From positions 18,414,001 to 18,478,000 of the forward strand of contig OZ004611.1 in the NCBI GenBank assembly GCA_963924565.1: a DNA stretch of 64,000 nt, given 5' to 3'. This DNA is from Ascidiella aspersa (taxonomy: Eukaryota). The position numbers and the translations under genes are program-made. Below, piece by piece: positions 61,032-64,000 of the stretch (the first letter of the stretch is position 1; every line of letters begins with the position of its first letter). The notes under the pieces were generated by a model, which was not told where the DNA came from, did no database searches, and was given only the letters and a program-made list of their open reading frames with translations.

Positions 61032-64000
61032 GCAATACGCAGCAGATGCTTGTATAATCTCTATACATGAAAGCCTCCATTTTGTCAAGAAGAATTAAAC
61101 AAATTTTTTCTAAACAATTCAAACTGTTTTGTAATGTTTCCCCAATTCGCCACTTTACAATCGACACCAAGGACCTACTCAAATACTTTTGGCGTTAAGC
61201 CAATAACTTTGTGTCAGTAACCTATTTTAATTTGCTTATACGGACGAATTTTTAATGATGTCAGTGAATTAGATCGCTCAATAATTAAGCACGTAATATA
61301 TTGTGTTGCTTTAAATGTACACTGGGAAATAGCAATTTGTATTTTGTAACTTAGCATCGGTATATATTTGCTAATTTGTAGTTACAGCTTTAATGTCTAT
61401 GGCTATGTACATCTCGCAGGCGAAAGTGCATACCCTTACGTTTTGTTTGTAATTTTTGTTTTCGGCCAAAAATGTAAACTATCAACCTATAAGATAGATC
61501 AAACGGTGCTATGTTTTTGTCGTAGCATAAAGTATTTTAGTATAGCAACGCGCAACGTATTTGTTGTTACTCGCTTATGGTAAGCCACAAACATTTAGGT
61601 ATACAGTCAATAACGATGTCCAACAGCCGCCATTTAATATTCCTATTCTGTTTAGTAATAATAACAACATGTTGCCAGTAAATTACTTGACAAATTCGTT
61701 TTCTAAACGTCGTGAGTTACTAAAAGGCTATAACCAGAACAAAATTATTTATTAAAATGTTAAACGCTATTAATCACCTGTTGATATAGGGAAACGGACG
61801 ATGGCAAAGGGCCAAAGGGTATACGACTGACAGGAAGTAATCTTTACTGTCAATTAAGTGGTAAAGCGTGTAGGGTTGTAGGCCTACGGACATCTTGTAA
61901 ATATGAAGTTGTGCAACGTTTTATTTATTGCACTTGTTGCATTTGGTTTATTCTAAAATGTACGAGTTAAGTTTTTCGCTTTCGCTAATTCTTTTAATTT
62001 TTATGCAACATTTGACATTTCAATTCCTCTTTTTTTCATTTGAGTGCTATATTAATGAATCGAACGATGTGTGTTTGTTGTTTTGCAAAAATATACTGAA
62101 GATACTATCGTGTACACCGGAATTATTTTTCATGGGACGTCTTAAGAAAAGTCTATTGGACTTGCGACGTAGCCTACTCAGCAATAAGAAATTTTCATTT
62201 AAATTTGTACACGAAAGTCAATTTATTTATTTGGAGGTTAAAGAAAACCATGAACCAGTTAATCAGCTTGCTCGTAATATTAAGTTCAAATACACCTGTG
62301 GGGGTAATATTATACATTTTATACAAGTGGGACCCTGCGTTTAAAGCAGCTATCGATCCAAAGAGGACGCTAGGACAAAAATGGTTGGGAAACACTGCTT
62401 AAACAGATGATGATTGATGATACAAGTGGGGAATAAACGTATTTTTCAAGATAATGTTGATTTACTTCACCTATTTGGCTCTGCCATTTATTTTCAAACT
62501 GCATTTATTGTTTTTTTTTCAGTTTTTTTATTAAATTATTATGAAAATAATTTAATACCAAATAGATGTTTAAATATCTTTGTTTGGTTTCGATAAGCGA
62601 ATAAAAAGCTTAGGATTATTAATAGGTTATAGTGTGGGGCACGAGTTTAATTGTTGAACTCCTAACTTCAGTTTTAAGTTGACTTGAAGGTTGTGTGCGT
62701 ATAACTCGTTAGCCAACCACAATGCTTCTAGTGATTAATATGTGTTTTATTTGATAAGCGAACACCCAGTTTAAACTATAGTCAGTGGACAAGTTAGCAT
62801 ATAGGAAATGCTACTTGCAAATGTCAAAGTTGCGAACAGCAAGACGTTAACAAAGAAGAATTGTTTACAAGCAGATAGCGGGCTTAAATACACAAAACCC
62901 TGTGTTGACCACATGAGAAAATGCAAGCCAGTGAGCACATTACACTTTGGTGCGAGTAGACAATAAATCATATGCACATTTTTAATATTCATAGCTTAAC
63001 GCTTAGCCTATTAACCGTGTTTCACAATATAAATGAACAGATCTTTCGATCGGCGGTAAACTTAGATTTTGAATATATTTTTTTGTAATATAGATCGACA
63101 TTCACCTTGTTTGCTTAGCAGTTTAAGCAAATTTTAAAGACATCCAGCGGCGAATTGCGATTTGCATCGCTGCGGTGCCATTTCCTCCAATGTTGATTGG
63201 CGGCGCTTGTTCTCTTGTGAACATTTAGTTGTGCGCTCGTTGCAATTTGTTCGACACATAATGAGGAAAGTTCGTTGCTCGTAGACTGCCTTCGTCTTCT
63301 GGTTGTTGGTTATATTCGAATGAACATTGCGGCTGAGTTATGAAGTTGAAAGGTTCGAACGATTTGCCTGATCCAACGATGAAAGATTTTCTTCTTGAAA
63401 ACTTGTTGCTTCAGATGTAACGCTTTATGGCGGCGCTTAATTCCAGATGCTGATTAACGTTCCTTGAAGCGGTGGTCACCATTTGCAGGGCTAAAACTGA
63501 TTTAGTTTGAAGCTGATGCTGTTTTTGCTATGATTGAATCCGGCTCCGTTTGTTAAGGTTGATCGAAGGTTGCGTGAAAGGTTGCGTGTTCTAACAGTTT
63601 AGCGACATCAAGGTATTAAACGGATCTGAGTTTATTGAGAACATCAGAACGGCAATCAACTTACAGGAATAGCTTAAAGTCCATAGTACAATACTAACAC
63701 AGTCCAGCATAATAAAATCTGTCCGTTACATTATTTCAGTTGGTTAAATTGTCCAAATCAGTTCCAGTTACGATTTACTGATTAAGTTAAGATCCCGTCT
63801 CGTTAGGCTTTAGTACACATCGCCTGGCCATCAAGGCATTTAGCAGAGGCGCGTTAACGGGTAACGTCTCCGACTCTCCGTGTTACTTGTTTATAGATAC
63901 GGTCAAATGTTTATCTGCGTTCGCGTCACGTCATAAAGTTGTTTGTGAGAACAAATAACAAGATTACCCCTACAATAGTACTTTACCAACTTCGTATATT

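Noticed and set aside
63107-63660. Coding-looking, more GC-rich stretch with a minus-strand donor
   Set aside because: No ORF of 60 aa or more in the track and no recognisable motif; possibly a decayed repeat.

Overview
AT-rich, intron-rich eukaryotic DNA from an invertebrate animal (a tunicate or other invertebrate chordate is plausible but not provable from this window). Most ORFs in the supplied track are spurious or exon-plus-intron read-through. Host genes I could assemble by hand: (1) two minus-strand exons (3828-3711, 2591-2473) encoding a follistatin/Kazal domain of a SPARC- or FSTL1-like gene that continues off the left edge; (2) a five-exon plus-strand putative membrane-protein gene (18736-26611) whose first coding exon has a broken reading frame and whose downstream exons are open in two frames; (3) a head-to-head pair of intact SLC26/SulP anion transporter genes, one on the minus strand (about 824 aa, SLC26A1/A2-like motifs, long acidic STAS insert) and one on the plus strand (about 759 aa, SLC26A5/A6-like, C-terminal VTRF PDZ ligand). 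Mobile DNA is dense: a decayed Buster/SPIN-type hAT with TIRs and TSD, about ten hAT MITEs with nnnTAnnn TSDs, a long-TIR element with a 9-bp TSD carrying a nested LINE fragment, a Penelope relic, a solo LTR, foldback elements and a perfect palindrome with 102-bp arms. No rRNA, tRNA or CRISPR array was seen. All coordinates were counted by eye and no database search was run.
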